A stretch of DNA of 32,000 nucleotides, taken from positions 540,001 to 572,000 of the forward strand of contig CAVRAI010000004.1 of assembly GCA_963718915.1 (NCBI GenBank). The letters run 5' to 3'. Positions 8,801-17,847 of the stretch are shown piece after piece. The DNA is from an uncultured Chloroflexia bacterium. Its GTDB lineage: Bacteria; Chloroflexota; Ktedonobacteria; Ktedonobacterales; JADMIN01. Under the pieces are notes generated by a model. It ran no database searches. It was not told where the DNA came from and saw only the letters and a list, made by a program, of their open reading frames with translations. Both the position numbers and the translations under genes were made by a program. Each line of letters starts with the position of its first letter. Position 1 is the stretch's first letter.

Positions 8801-9307
8801 ATGCGTGCTGCGATAAAGTGGGGCGCTCTGGTTGGAGTGGCCTCGTATCTCTTGTTAGGTATTGGGTTGACGGTACTTGGTGTGGCGGTATTTGGCAACG
8901 GCTCCGCCTCGCTCGATAGTCCCGGCAAATTAACGCTTGGCTGTGGGAGTCTGTTTCTGTTGTTGTTCGCCTTTTCAGCCGCAGGCTTCTTTGCTGGGCG
9001 CGAGACACTGAATGCCGGGATGGGCGCGCTTGCCGGATTGGTAACATTCGCCATCTACGGCGTCTTGATCACCATCTACGCTCCGGGTAGCTCCGCGAAT
9101 GTTCTCACCCAGGATGCAAACATGCCGGGCGGCTTCGGTATGCAGGCGATGGCGCTCTTTGTTACTGTGACCATCCCGCTGGGAATCGCCGCACTGATGG
9201 GCTGGCTAGGCGGGCGCCCCGGAGCGATGCGTGGGCGCAAGATACACCAGCCGCAGCCCGACTACGTGACCAGTGAGAACACCAGCGCGCCAGTCAGCGA
9301 GAATTAG
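8801..9307 (+). CDS. Small integral membrane protein, function unknown
   Basis: 168-aa ORF with about 4 hydrophobic helices. AGGTGGG lies upstream of ATG 8801. No recognisable family. Confidence 0.6.
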   Translation: MRAAIKWGALVGVASYLLLGIGLTVLGVAVFGNGSASLDSPGKLTLGCGSLFLLLFAFSAAGFFAGRETLNAGMGALAGLVTFAIYGVLITIYAPGSSANVLTQDANMPGGFGMQAMALFVTVTIPLGIAALMGWLGGRPGAMRGRKIHQPQPDYVTSENTSAPVSEN

Positions 9308-11520
9308 CGGTTACCCGCATCAATCTGGCGCGATGAGGCGCTGGCAGGCTCTACGGTATCGAGCAACGCCGCCGCAATCGAAAACTCGGCAATCGTCCAC
9401 GTCCGTTCCACGACTGCGGTATTGGATTCACTGGGAGGGAATACTACTGCCAGCGCGGGATCGGTCGAGCCGTTGGCGCGTTCGCCAACATCAGGGTCAC
9501 CAGTGGTCTGCGAAAGCGTAAATGCGCCCCGCAGTCCGGTTTCAACCAGACCACGTACTAACTGAAGCCCCAGTCCCTCCGTCGCTCGTGATGTATCCGC
9601 GGGCAGCCCCGCGCCATCATCCGCGACCCGAACCACCAGCCGGTCGCTCTTGCGCGCCGCGCTCATGCGAATCTCGCCGCGTTCGCGTCCCTCGAAGCCA
9701 TGCTCGATGGCATTAGCAATGAGTTCATTGAGCACGATGGCCAGCGTCGTCGCCTCCTCGGTCGGCAGATAATAGGGAACCGTGCCGACGTGAAAGCGGA
9801 TGGTCATGTGTGGTGGGACGAGATTGGCCTGCACAATCATGGCAATCTTGCGGGCAATCTCATCGATGCGTGCGACGCCCAACTGATTGGTCGAGAGCAG
9901 ATCGTGTGTTGCGGCGATGCCCTGAATGCGTTCAACGCTTTCGAGCAGTACCTGCTGCACCTCCAAATTCTGACTCCGCCGCCTTCGCATATTGAGGATG
10001 CTTGATATTTGTGTCAAGTTATTCTTCACCCGGTGATGCATCTCGCTTAACAGCGCTTCTTTGATACGTAGCCCTTCGCGGGTCTGCTCGAACAGGCGAG
10101 CGTTCTCCATGGCGATTGCCGCGACATTCGCGAATGTCGTAACGAGCTGCAACTGATGATCGTTCAGCATATAGCGCTGGCTGCTGAAGATGCAGAGCGA
10201 GCCGACCGGTCCCTGGCGTGCGGTCAGTGGCACGCAAAGCACGGCATGCTGGTCATCGATCGCTTCGGGATGTCCATAGAGGAAGCAGCCCTCGTCGGTG
10301 CGCATACAGTCGAGTTTCAGGCTCGATGCCCCAGTCTGGACGACTCGCCCGACACAGCACTGCCCAACTGGCACCTCGGCTCGTGCCGTCTCAAGTTGCT
10401 CGAAACCGTGCGTTGCGACGGTCGAAAGCTTCTGGTTGGCGGGGTCAAGCTCAAATAATACCGAGCGATCAGCGCCACTGAGTTGGACAGCCTGGGCAAC
10501 GATGGTATGGAGCACGTTCTCGAAGACGAGCGTTGAGGCGACCAGTGTGGAGACACGATAGAGCATATTCAACTGATGTACCCGCCGCCGCAGCTCCTCA
10601 TCGGTCTGCGCATAGATACGGCCGTTCTCGATGCTCATCGCGATCTGCCCGGCGACAATCTCCAGGAAGCTCAACTCGTCGTCGGTGAATAGATGCGGCT
10701 CGCGCGTCTGCACGCTGATGACGCCCTGCAACTTTTCGGCGGTGAAGAAGATGATTGGAACGGAGAGGAGCCCCGCATAGGGTATCTCATATGCCTGGGC
10801 CTCGCCCGCAAAGCGGTCATCGCTGAGTGCGTCGCGCAGGAGTAGCGGGTGGCCATGCTCGGCGACATAGCCAGTGTATCCCATGCCCAACGCGAGGGCA
10901 TGATGGCTGACATTGCGCGGGCCGTTAGTTGCCCGTAGCGCCAGCTCGCGTGTCACTTCGTCGAACAGATAGATGGAGCAGAGGTCGGCGTCCATCTCTT
11001 CGGCAACCGCGTGGGCTGTTGTGGCAAGCGTCTGATCGAGATCAAGGGTGGAGTTGGCGGCAGAGTTGATCCGTTGCAGCGCCTGCATGCGGGTCATGCC
11101 ACGACGCGCGCGTTCCGCCTCATTGTCCGATTGCTCATTTTGCGCCGCCTGCCATCCGCGACTGATGGCGACGGTGGCCTGTGTGGTGATCTCAAATAAC
11201 GAACGAAGCGCCCGCGCGTACGTTCCTGGATTGGTCGCGAATTGATCGCCAAGCACATCGGCGAGCGCGCAACTCCAGATGCGAATGCCCTGCAGGCGCA
11301 TTTCAAGCCGCCCGCCCTGATGCGAGAGCGCGCGCCCCGATTCTTCAAAGCGCTGGATGGAAACATCGGACGGTAGCCCGGCCAGGGATTCGATGAGCAG
11401 AGTTGCGTCGCTGCCATCATCCGGTTCCCCCTCAAGACCTGACGCCTTGCCCAGTTGCTGACGCAGTGTCTGTACGTGGCGCCGCAGGAGTTCGACAATA
11501 TCGTTTTCATCGTCCGTCAT
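9304..11520 (-). CDS. Cytoplasmic sensor histidine kinase: unknown N-terminal domain, two GAF domains, HisKA_2, HATPase_c
   Basis: 738 aa. H-box EMHHRVKNNLTQISSIL (HisKA_2 type), N-box LNELIANAIEHGF, G-boxes DDGAGLP and GLGLQLV. Two GAF-like blocks lie upstream. No TM segments. AGGA lies 8 nt upstream of ATG 11520. Confidence 0.88.
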   Translation of the reverse strand: MTDDENDIVELLRRHVQTLRQQLGKASGLEGEPDDGSDATLLIESLAGLPSDVSIQRFEESGRALSHQGGRLEMRLQGIRIWSCALADVLGDQFATNPGTYARALRSLFEITTQATVAISRGWQAAQNEQSDNEAERARRGMTRMQALQRINSAANSTLDLDQTLATTAHAVAEEMDADLCSIYLFDEVTRELALRATNGPRNVSHHALALGMGYTGYVAEHGHPLLLRDALSDDRFAGEAQAYEIPYAGLLSVPIIFFTAEKLQGVISVQTREPHLFTDDELSFLEIVAGQIAMSIENGRIYAQTDEELRRRVHQLNMLYRVSTLVASTLVFENVLHTIVAQAVQLSGADRSVLFELDPANQKLSTVATHGFEQLETARAEVPVGQCCVGRVVQTGASSLKLDCMRTDEGCFLYGHPEAIDDQHAVLCVPLTARQGPVGSLCIFSSQRYMLNDHQLQLVTTFANVAAIAMENARLFEQTREGLRIKEALLSEMHHRVKNNLTQISSILNMRRRRSQNLEVQQVLLESVERIQGIAATHDLLSTNQLGVARIDEIARKIAMIVQANLVPPHMTIRFHVGTVPYYLPTEEATTLAIVLNELIANAIEHGFEGRERGEIRMSAARKSDRLVVRVADDGAGLPADTSRATEGLGLQLVRGLVETGLRGAFTLSQTTGDPDVGERANGSTDPALAVVFPPSESNTAVVERTWTIAEFSIAAALLDTVEPASASSRQIDAGNR

Positions 11521-11685
11521 AGGGTGTTTCCTGTGTATTTGCGTTAATCAGCGCGCTTGAGTCTATGTTCGCACGAGAGCCTCATAACAGAAGTTTCAAT
11601 CTGGCATTCTACGGGCCACCGGTTGCTATGTCAAGCGAGCGGCGGTAGGTTGCGCGTTGCGGCTGGGAAAGTGCGCCCATGAGGA

Positions 11686-11714
11686 TTGTCCATATGAAGC
11701 GACTGGCGTACAAT
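11686..11714 (+). promoter_or_regulatory. Sigma-70-like promoter candidate TTGTCC-N17-TACAAT
   Basis: -35 at 11686-11691, 17-nt spacer, -10 at 11709-11714, about 40 nt upstream of ATG 11754. Confidence 0.35.
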
Positions 11715-11753
11715 TGAGCGGCTACTAGCGGGATATCCTGAGAAGGGAAGACC

Positions 11754-12647
11754 ATGACGAAGCCTGGTGGGTGGGAGCAGCGTCTCTACGCGGGCCTGCG
11801 GTTGCCCGGGATGAATGAGCCACAACTGGCGTTGGCCAGGGCGCTGGGCGAGGTTGGTGTTGAAGCCGAGTTCTTCCTGCTGCTGACAGGCGCAGAGGCT
11901 TCGTTAGCGGGTTCAACCCGCGCCGTTGCAGATCAGTTTCTGCGGCAGCTCGACGACTCGTGCAGGCGCATCTGTGCGGTCGCGGCTTCGCTCGAAGTAG
12001 CGACTCAAGGGTATCTGAATGCGCTCGAAGCACGCTATCCCCATGCGCAACTGGCTGACACTGTGGCGGAGCCGTGGTGGCCAACGTTTTCAGGGTTCGC
12101 GCTCACTGGTGAACCGCTCGAGCTTCGATTCCGCCGCTGTGGCTATGGTTACCGTCACGTGGTCGAGGTTCGGTTGGGAGGTTCCATCGAGGCTATCGCG
12201 GAGCAACTGGCGCTGACCCTGCACGCGCTCTATACCCTGCCGCCCGCGGGTGTCTTGCCGATTGCTACGCTGTATCACGGGCTGTATGAAATATCGTCGG
12301 CGCTTCAGGGGCATATTGTTCCTCACCACATCACCGAATCCGCGAGCGAGTCGCCTGGGTTGATGATGGGGATCAGTCTGCTGCGGATGCTGGATGCTCA
12401 GGAAGATCACTCGATTCAGTCGGATATGGTGTGGGTGCAGGCGCAACTTGCCCAGGCGCGTGAGACACTGGCTCGCCTTGGGGTGAAGCGCAATCCTTTG
12501 GCTGCTCTCGCGCGCCTGGGAGCGAAACAGCCCCATGCGGTGACGCCCGATACGGCGGCATGGGTGGCGCGATCTATCCGCGAATGGGAGGATGCCCTGA
12601 CGCAGCTAACCGTTCTCGCGCGCGAGGAGCAGGCTGTTCGTCGATAG
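11754..12647 (+). CDS. Hypothetical protein (297 aa), no recognisable domain
   Basis: Longest ORF in this interval. Codon usage and composition resemble neighbouring genes. Promoter-like motif and GAAGGGAAG upstream. The antisense ORFs are shorter and Arg/Pro-rich. Confidence 0.6.
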   Translation: MTKPGGWEQRLYAGLRLPGMNEPQLALARALGEVGVEAEFFLLLTGAEASLAGSTRAVADQFLRQLDDSCRRICAVAASLEVATQGYLNALEARYPHAQLADTVAEPWWPTFSGFALTGEPLELRFRRCGYGYRHVVEVRLGGSIEAIAEQLALTLHALYTLPPAGVLPIATLYHGLYEISSALQGHIVPHHITESASESPGLMMGISLLRMLDAQEDHSIQSDMVWVQAQLAQARETLARLGVKRNPLAALARLGAKQPHAVTPDTAAWVARSIREWEDALTQLTVLAREEQAVRR

Positions 12648-12673
12648 GGCCTCGCACTGGGAGTCTGAGCGTA

Positions 12674-14995
12674 TCAAGTATCCGTCGAGTCGCTATCTTG
12701 TGGAGCCTTACGCACGAGATCGGTACCTGTCCAGATCCACTCTTCGTCGTCAGCAGAATCGGCAGCAGACGCCGCATCACCTGCCTCCGCTGGCGGCTCC
12801 AAGGGTGGGACCTCGACATGAGGCTGGCGCCATGGTTGAGGCTGGTTAGCTGGTGGTTGTCTTGTGACCGGGTTTTGTCGTGGGCCAACCGCTGAAGGAC
12901 CGCGCGTCTGGCCACCAATGGCGATGCCGCTTCCTGAGCCTGGCAGAGGCGTCTGGTGTCCATGGGGGAGTTGGTGGCGCACATAGTGCGCGACGCGCAC
13001 ATCTTCGAATTGCTGATAGCGCACATAGTCGGGTGGAACGTATTTCGACACCTTCTTGGCAATTTCCGCCTCAGCAATGATCTCATCCGGGCGAATGATT
13101 CGCCAGATGTCGATCACCTGGCCCGCGCCACCCAGGCGATAGACGAAGGTTGCCTTCAGACCAGCACGTTTGGCCTTGTTGGATGCATAGGTGAGCGTGC
13201 GCTGGGCTTCGAGATCCATCAGATAGGGATCAGCGATTTGCATGAAGCGCGGCGACTGCGTTGGCTTGCGCGAAAGATAGAGCAAGACCAGTTGATGATC
13301 GTCAGCGGTTTCGATGGCCGCGTCGATCACTTGCCTGTTGTGTGCGCTGGCTGATGAAAGCGCCACCAGCAATGAATCGCTCATACGCTGGAGTATTTGC
13401 ATGGGAGCGACTGGCGCCTGACCTTGCTGCACCAACCGCTGATGATAGAGCAGCGCCACGCTCACGCCCAGCACAGTAAACCCGCCCCCGAAGACAGTTG
13501 CCAGTGGTTTGGCGAAAAGATTGGTGACCCAGGCGATGCCGACAAGGAGTGTTGTCACGATGCCAAGGTAATATTTCAGGCTTGGCCAGGCTTCCCTTGC
13601 GCGTTTTGTCCATGGGCTGATGTGCCGCTGGGTTTGAGCGCCGATCATGCGCAGCCGCGCGGCGACCTGTGGATGTATCCGCGCGCTTGTGGCGTTGCCG
13701 ATGCGCCTGTGCCATGGCTCGCCCGCGCGCTGAATTGCGCCGAGTCCAGCAGCTTGCTCAGCGGCCTGCACAGCGCCAATCTGTGAGGCGTTATGACGTT
13801 CGCGGTAACGGATGATGGTTATTGAGAGGCAGGTGATCAAAAAGGCGCCCAGAAGCCCAAAAGCGTACAAATCGCCAAGGATCGCTATCTGCCCCTGGAC
13901 ACCAATCAGGACGAATATTGGGATCGCGGTCGCCAGGAAAATGGCGAAGTGTGGAGTTCCGCGCCAGCTATTGGTCGCGGTGACAATCGCTGGTAGATAG
14001 CCCATACGCGAGAGTGCCAGGAAGACATGATACGCGCCGATGATGGCGGTATTACAGGCAAAGATCAGCAGTGTGGAGGCGGCAATGGCTGTTCCCACTA
14101 GCAACACTGCTCCTCCATAGGTACCGCCGAGATCGGAGATAAAAGTCTCCGGGGTCGGCGCGATTTCCAGGCGGATCGAGGTGTTCGCAAGCAGTTCGGG
14201 CGAATTGAGCAATACTGTCGAGAAAATTGTGAGCAGCGGGCTGGTGACACCAACGGTTATCGCGACCAGCATCAGCGCTCTAGACACAGTTTTGCGACGC
14301 GGCGCCGCCATGACTGGTGAGAGTTGTGAGATGCTTTCAAGACCGGAGAAGGCCAGGAATGCTCCAGAGAATCCGGTGAGTATAGCAAATCCGCCAAGTT
14401 GCCCTGAAAAGACTTTCTGGATGACTTGTTCGATGACCGACATTGGCACGTTGCGGAAGACAACCAGAAGTATCAGAATATCGCTGACCAACGCAGCCAC
14501 AGCAATGGCCGCGCTGACGGTCGCTGATTCTCTGATACCCCAGAAATTAAGCAGGCCCAGCAGGACGACCATAAGCACCGTAAGAGGCAGCACGTAGTGT
14601 GAAATGGCGTTGAAGACCGTCGAGAAGTAGAGCAGGCCAGAGAGGGAGCTGATCGCGGAGGTCAGGAAATACGAACCCAGGATGAATACGCCACCAACCA
14701 CGCCAGCCCACGGCGCCAGTCCGTTGGCGGCTGCTGTGACGACGCCGCCACCCTCGGGAAAGCGAACGCTGACGTCGGCGTAGATGAAGATGAGCAGTGT
14801 AAAGGCTACCAGCGTCAGGGTGACGAACAAGCCCGATTGCCATTGCACCTGTCGCCAAAGGATACCCGGCACATAGTACACCGAAGTACCAATATCAGCG
14901 AAAACGACAGCCCAGCAGAGAAATGCGCTAAGCCGATGGCCATCGTGTTGTTCAGCGGATGGTTGTGATGTGGTCGCGTTCGCCGTGTCGGTCAC
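12674..14995 (-). CDS. APC-superfamily amino acid/polyamine permease fused to a USP-like domain and a Pro-rich tail
   Basis: 773 aa. About 12 TM helices in the N-terminal ~430 aa in APC style, then 2 extra TM helices. A USP-like alpha/beta block follows (LLVALSSASAHNR...LVLLYLSRKP...GAGQVIDIW...DEIIAEAE), then about 100 aa of low-complexity Pro/Gln/Asp tail. GTG start at 14995 with GGAG 6 nt upstream. Confidence 0.85.
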   Translation of the reverse strand: MTDTANATTSQPSAEQHDGHRLSAFLCWAVVFADIGTSVYYVPGILWRQVQWQSGLFVTLTLVAFTLLIFIYADVSVRFPEGGGVVTAAANGLAPWAGVVGGVFILGSYFLTSAISSLSGLLYFSTVFNAISHYVLPLTVLMVVLLGLLNFWGIRESATVSAAIAVAALVSDILILLVVFRNVPMSVIEQVIQKVFSGQLGGFAILTGFSGAFLAFSGLESISQLSPVMAAPRRKTVSRALMLVAITVGVTSPLLTIFSTVLLNSPELLANTSIRLEIAPTPETFISDLGGTYGGAVLLVGTAIAASTLLIFACNTAIIGAYHVFLALSRMGYLPAIVTATNSWRGTPHFAIFLATAIPIFVLIGVQGQIAILGDLYAFGLLGAFLITCLSITIIRYRERHNASQIGAVQAAEQAAGLGAIQRAGEPWHRRIGNATSARIHPQVAARLRMIGAQTQRHISPWTKRAREAWPSLKYYLGIVTTLLVGIAWVTNLFAKPLATVFGGGFTVLGVSVALLYHQRLVQQGQAPVAPMQILQRMSDSLLVALSSASAHNRQVIDAAIETADDHQLVLLYLSRKPTQSPRFMQIADPYLMDLEAQRTLTYASNKAKRAGLKATFVYRLGGAGQVIDIWRIIRPDEIIAEAEIAKKVSKYVPPDYVRYQQFEDVRVAHYVRHQLPHGHQTPLPGSGSGIAIGGQTRGPSAVGPRQNPVTRQPPANQPQPWRQPHVEVPPLEPPAEAGDAASAADSADDEEWIWTGTDLVRKAPQDSDSTDT

Positions 14996-15076
14996 TCCAT
15001 GCTCCTCAGCAAGACATCTTTGCGCGCATGCGCATTTCCCGCCACGGAGGAGATCCTGTTCGTTTCTTTCTCATCC

Positions 15077-15106
15077 ACTCTACCATTGTCTCGCCATATC
15101 CGTCAC
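15077..15106 (-). promoter_or_regulatory. Promoter candidate GTGACG-N18-TAGAGT with TG extension (TGgTAGAGT)
   Basis: Read on the minus strand about 80 nt upstream of the permease start. The extended -10 resembles the one upstream of ribF. Confidence 0.3.
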
Positions 15107-15190
15107 CTACTTGTCTGACCCATGTTGCGAGCTTTTTGTGCGCTGAACAAGCGACACCCTGATCGACAAATGCGTAACATACGTGCGAAT

Positions 15191-15212
15191 GGCCGGGGAA
15201 ACCTCCCCGGCC
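15191..15212 (-). terminator. GC-rich hairpin downstream of the rodA-like gene
   Basis: 9-bp perfect stem GGCCGGGGA / TCCCCGGCC with a 4-nt loop, 25 nt after the stop codon at 15237. No clear U-tract. Confidence 0.4.
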
Positions 15213-15236
15213 CGCGGTTGCGCCAGCGATTGAAAG

Positions 15237-16571
15237 TTAAGGCTTCTTCTCCGAGAGCCGTAAGAGAAAGCCGATAATGATGAAGTTAGCGACGACCGAA
15301 CTGCCGCCATACGCCACAAATGGGAGAGGGACACCCGTCAGCGGCATCAGCTTGAGATTACCAGCCAGAATGACGAGCGTTTGCAGCGCGAAAACGGAGG
15401 TCAGCCCAACGGCCATGAGCTGGTTGAATGAGTCGCGGGAGCGGAAGGCCACGAGCATGCCGCGAAACACGAGCAGCATGAATAATCCCAACAAGGCAAG
15501 CAATCCCGCGAAGCCAAACTCTTCGCCAAATGCCGCCGCGATGTAGTCGGTATTAGAGGCGGGAATAAGCGTCGGGTGGCCCAGACCCAGGCCGGAGCCA
15601 AAGACGCCGCCTGATCCAAACGCGACTAGTCCCTGCACAATCTGATAGCCGTTATTCGTTGCGACATCCGGATCAAAAGCATTGGAGACAATGTTCAGGC
15701 GCACCCGCGCATAGCTAAAGACTGAGAAGGCAATCACCGCGCCGACCGTAAAGAGCGCCAAACCGCCGATCACATAGACCTTACGGCTGGTCGCCGCATA
15801 GGTCATCGAGAGCACCATGCCAAAGATCAAGAGTGCCAGACCCAGCTCGCGGATACCGACCGCAATGATTAGCGCCAGCCCGAGCATGAAGAGTAGCGGC
15901 CCCAACTGCTTCAATGGTGGTAGTTTGATGGCTCCGATTGGGATGGAGCCAGCGGTGAGCATTTCCTGGTTCTCGCTCAGATATCCGGCGAAGAAGACGA
16001 CCAGGCAGATTTTCACCAGCTCCGATGGCTGGAATGACAGTCCACCAGCGCCGATAGTCAGGACGTCACGGCTTGGAGTGTTCGGGTCGAAATTGCGAAC
16101 GGCGTTCACCAGGGTAACACCGACGAGGGCCAGGCCTACGACAGCCCAGGTGTACTTATAATTGCGCACCCATCGCAGATCACGGGTCAGGATCACTGTT
16201 CCAATGCAACATCCCAGGCCCAGGATTACCCAGGCGAGTTGCTTGGCGCCGAGCGAGAGCACATCGAATCCCGGCGACGATCCGATGCGTATTGCCATAA
16301 TGACCCCGATGCTGGCCAGCATCCCCGCAATTGGCAGCAATGTCTGGTCGGAATCTGGCGCGAAGATATTGAGCAGGACGTGCGTCACGGCCAGGGCCAT
16401 CACAAGGCCGATTGCCGGCCCCAGGGTATCGAGTGGATTGAGAATATTGCGGGTGAGCGGTGTCGAAGCGTTTTGGGCCAGTTGCAGCTCAATCAGCGCC
16501 ACTGCCATAAATGCCGCCGGAAACAGCAGCAGGCCCATCTCGGTCCAGCGATAGTGGCGACGATAGATCAT
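15237..16571 (-). CDS. rodA: SEDS-family FtsW/RodA/SpoVE peptidoglycan polymerase (RodA-like by context)
   Basis: 444-aa polytopic protein in FtsW/RodA style (GGLSFQPSELVKI, NGYQIVQGLVAFGSGGVFGSGLG, TDYIAAAFGEEFG, PLPFVAYGGSS). Its ATG overlaps the FhaB-like stop codon (ATGA at 16568-16571). Confidence 0.88.
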   Translation of the reverse strand: MIYRRHYRWTEMGLLLFPAAFMAVALIELQLAQNASTPLTRNILNPLDTLGPAIGLVMALAVTHVLLNIFAPDSDQTLLPIAGMLASIGVIMAIRIGSSPGFDVLSLGAKQLAWVILGLGCCIGTVILTRDLRWVRNYKYTWAVVGLALVGVTLVNAVRNFDPNTPSRDVLTIGAGGLSFQPSELVKICLVVFFAGYLSENQEMLTAGSIPIGAIKLPPLKQLGPLLFMLGLALIIAVGIRELGLALLIFGMVLSMTYAATSRKVYVIGGLALFTVGAVIAFSVFSYARVRLNIVSNAFDPDVATNNGYQIVQGLVAFGSGGVFGSGLGLGHPTLIPASNTDYIAAAFGEEFGFAGLLALLGLFMLLVFRGMLVAFRSRDSFNQLMAVGLTSVFALQTLVILAGNLKLMPLTGVPLPFVAYGGSSVVANFIIIGFLLRLSEKKP

Positions 16572-17041
16572 CGGTTCTCTCTCTTATAGACGGCGAACTT
16601 GAAACGTACATCGCCCACCTGAAGGATAGTTCCGGGTGTCACCGCGACAGGTTCGGTAATGCGCTTATCATCCACCAACGTGCCATTTCGGCTTTTCATA
16701 TCTTCGACCCAGAGCGACTGACCCCTGAAGAGGATGCGGGTGTGGTCGGTGGAGACAAAGGTGCTGTCCAGCACAATGGTATTGGTGGGCGCTCGCCCAA
16801 TCGTGGTGATTGGCTCGATATCCAGTTTCGTGCCGGGAGGCAGCACAGTCGAGCCACTGTCTATGACGACAAGTTGGCCCACGATGTCATTACTTCGTGT
16901 GACTGATCCTGGAGCGACTTTCAGCACCTGCTCCATGAGCTTATTCTCCCGGCGTGCCACCGCGACGACCCGCAAGATGACCAGGTAGAGGATGGCAACC
17001 AGTGCGATGCGCAAGACGAGCAAAACGGTGTAAGTATCCAA
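16568..17041 (-). CDS. FhaB/FipA-like protein: N-terminal TM helix plus C-terminal FHA domain
   Basis: 157 aa. TM helix YTVLLVLRIALVAILYLVIL; FHA core TTIGRAPTNTIVLDSTFVSTDHTRI...WVEDMKSRNGTLVDD. TTG start at 17041 with GGAGG 9 nt upstream. Confidence 0.82.
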   Translation of the reverse strand: MDTYTVLLVLRIALVAILYLVILRVVAVARRENKLMEQVLKVAPGSVTRSNDIVGQLVVIDSGSTVLPPGTKLDIEPITTIGRAPTNTIVLDSTFVSTDHTRILFRGQSLWVEDMKSRNGTLVDDKRITEPVAVTPGTILQVGDVRFKFAVYKRENR

Positions 17042-17047
17042 CCGAAG

Positions 17048-17830
17048 CTACCTCCGCTGGAAGACGAACTCGTGGCTACCCACGGTGATCAAATCATTGT
17101 TGCGCAAGGGTACAGGTTGGCGGGTTGGCACCCCGTTGATTTTGACCCCATTCGTCGAACTGAGATCATACAGTACGAACTGCTCGCGTTCGAAGCGAAT
17201 CTCCGCATGGTGACGTGAGACGCGTTTATCATTGACGATAATTTCGTTGGAGAGATGCCGCCCAATATGAATGGGAGAGTTGAGCAGCCGCATGGGTTGC
17301 CCGCGTGTGGGGCGGAATAGCGTCAGCCAAGCCGGTGGCAGAGCGACGTCCGCCTGGTTGCGCGCCTGCTCGCGGGCGATTTCGTCGTTGAGTTGCTGGA
17401 TCTCACCTGGCGCAATAGAGCGTGTCTCGTCCATGCTGGCGATGCCAGATAAAGGCGCCTCCTCCTCGTCGAGGTTATAGGAAGCGACCCGCATTTGCCC
17501 GGTGATGACGTGTGGATCCTCGTGGAACCGGATGACCGGGTTGCGCTCTAGCCAGTAGTTACGCTCGCGCGCCATTTGCACCAACTGGCTGGACAATTCC
17601 TGAGCAAGCCTGGTGTCCTTTCCATAGACACCGTAATCCTTGATGCTCAGGTATATGTCGTAGAGTGTCGGCGCCTCGCGCCCGTTAGGGCTGCCACGCA
17701 GGTGACTTTCCATCGCGCGCTCAACTTGGGGACCAAATTCGTTGCGCTGTAGCGTAGTACGAATCAAGCGGCCAAACGTCCCCTCAACCAGGCCGCGCAT
17801 GGCGGATTCGAACTTACCGACAATGCCCAT
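17048..17830 (-). CDS. FhaA-like protein: N-terminal DUF3662-type domain plus C-terminal FHA domain
   Basis: N-terminus MGIVGKFESAMRGLVEGTFGRLI matches the DUF3662 style. C-terminal FHA core IHIGRHLSNEIIVNDKRVSRHHAEI...LYDLSSTNGVKING. I use ATG 17830 (AAGGAG 6 nt upstream) rather than the track start at 17851. Confidence 0.85.
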   Translation of the reverse strand: MGIVGKFESAMRGLVEGTFGRLIRTTLQRNEFGPQVERAMESHLRGSPNGREAPTLYDIYLSIKDYGVYGKDTRLAQELSSQLVQMARERNYWLERNPVIRFHEDPHVITGQMRVASYNLDEEEAPLSGIASMDETRSIAPGEIQQLNDEIAREQARNQADVALPPAWLTLFRPTRGQPMRLLNSPIHIGRHLSNEIIVNDKRVSRHHAEIRFEREQFVLYDLSSTNGVKINGVPTRQPVPLRNNDLITVGSHEFVFQRR

Positions 17831-17847
17831 AAATGACTCCTTCCCCA

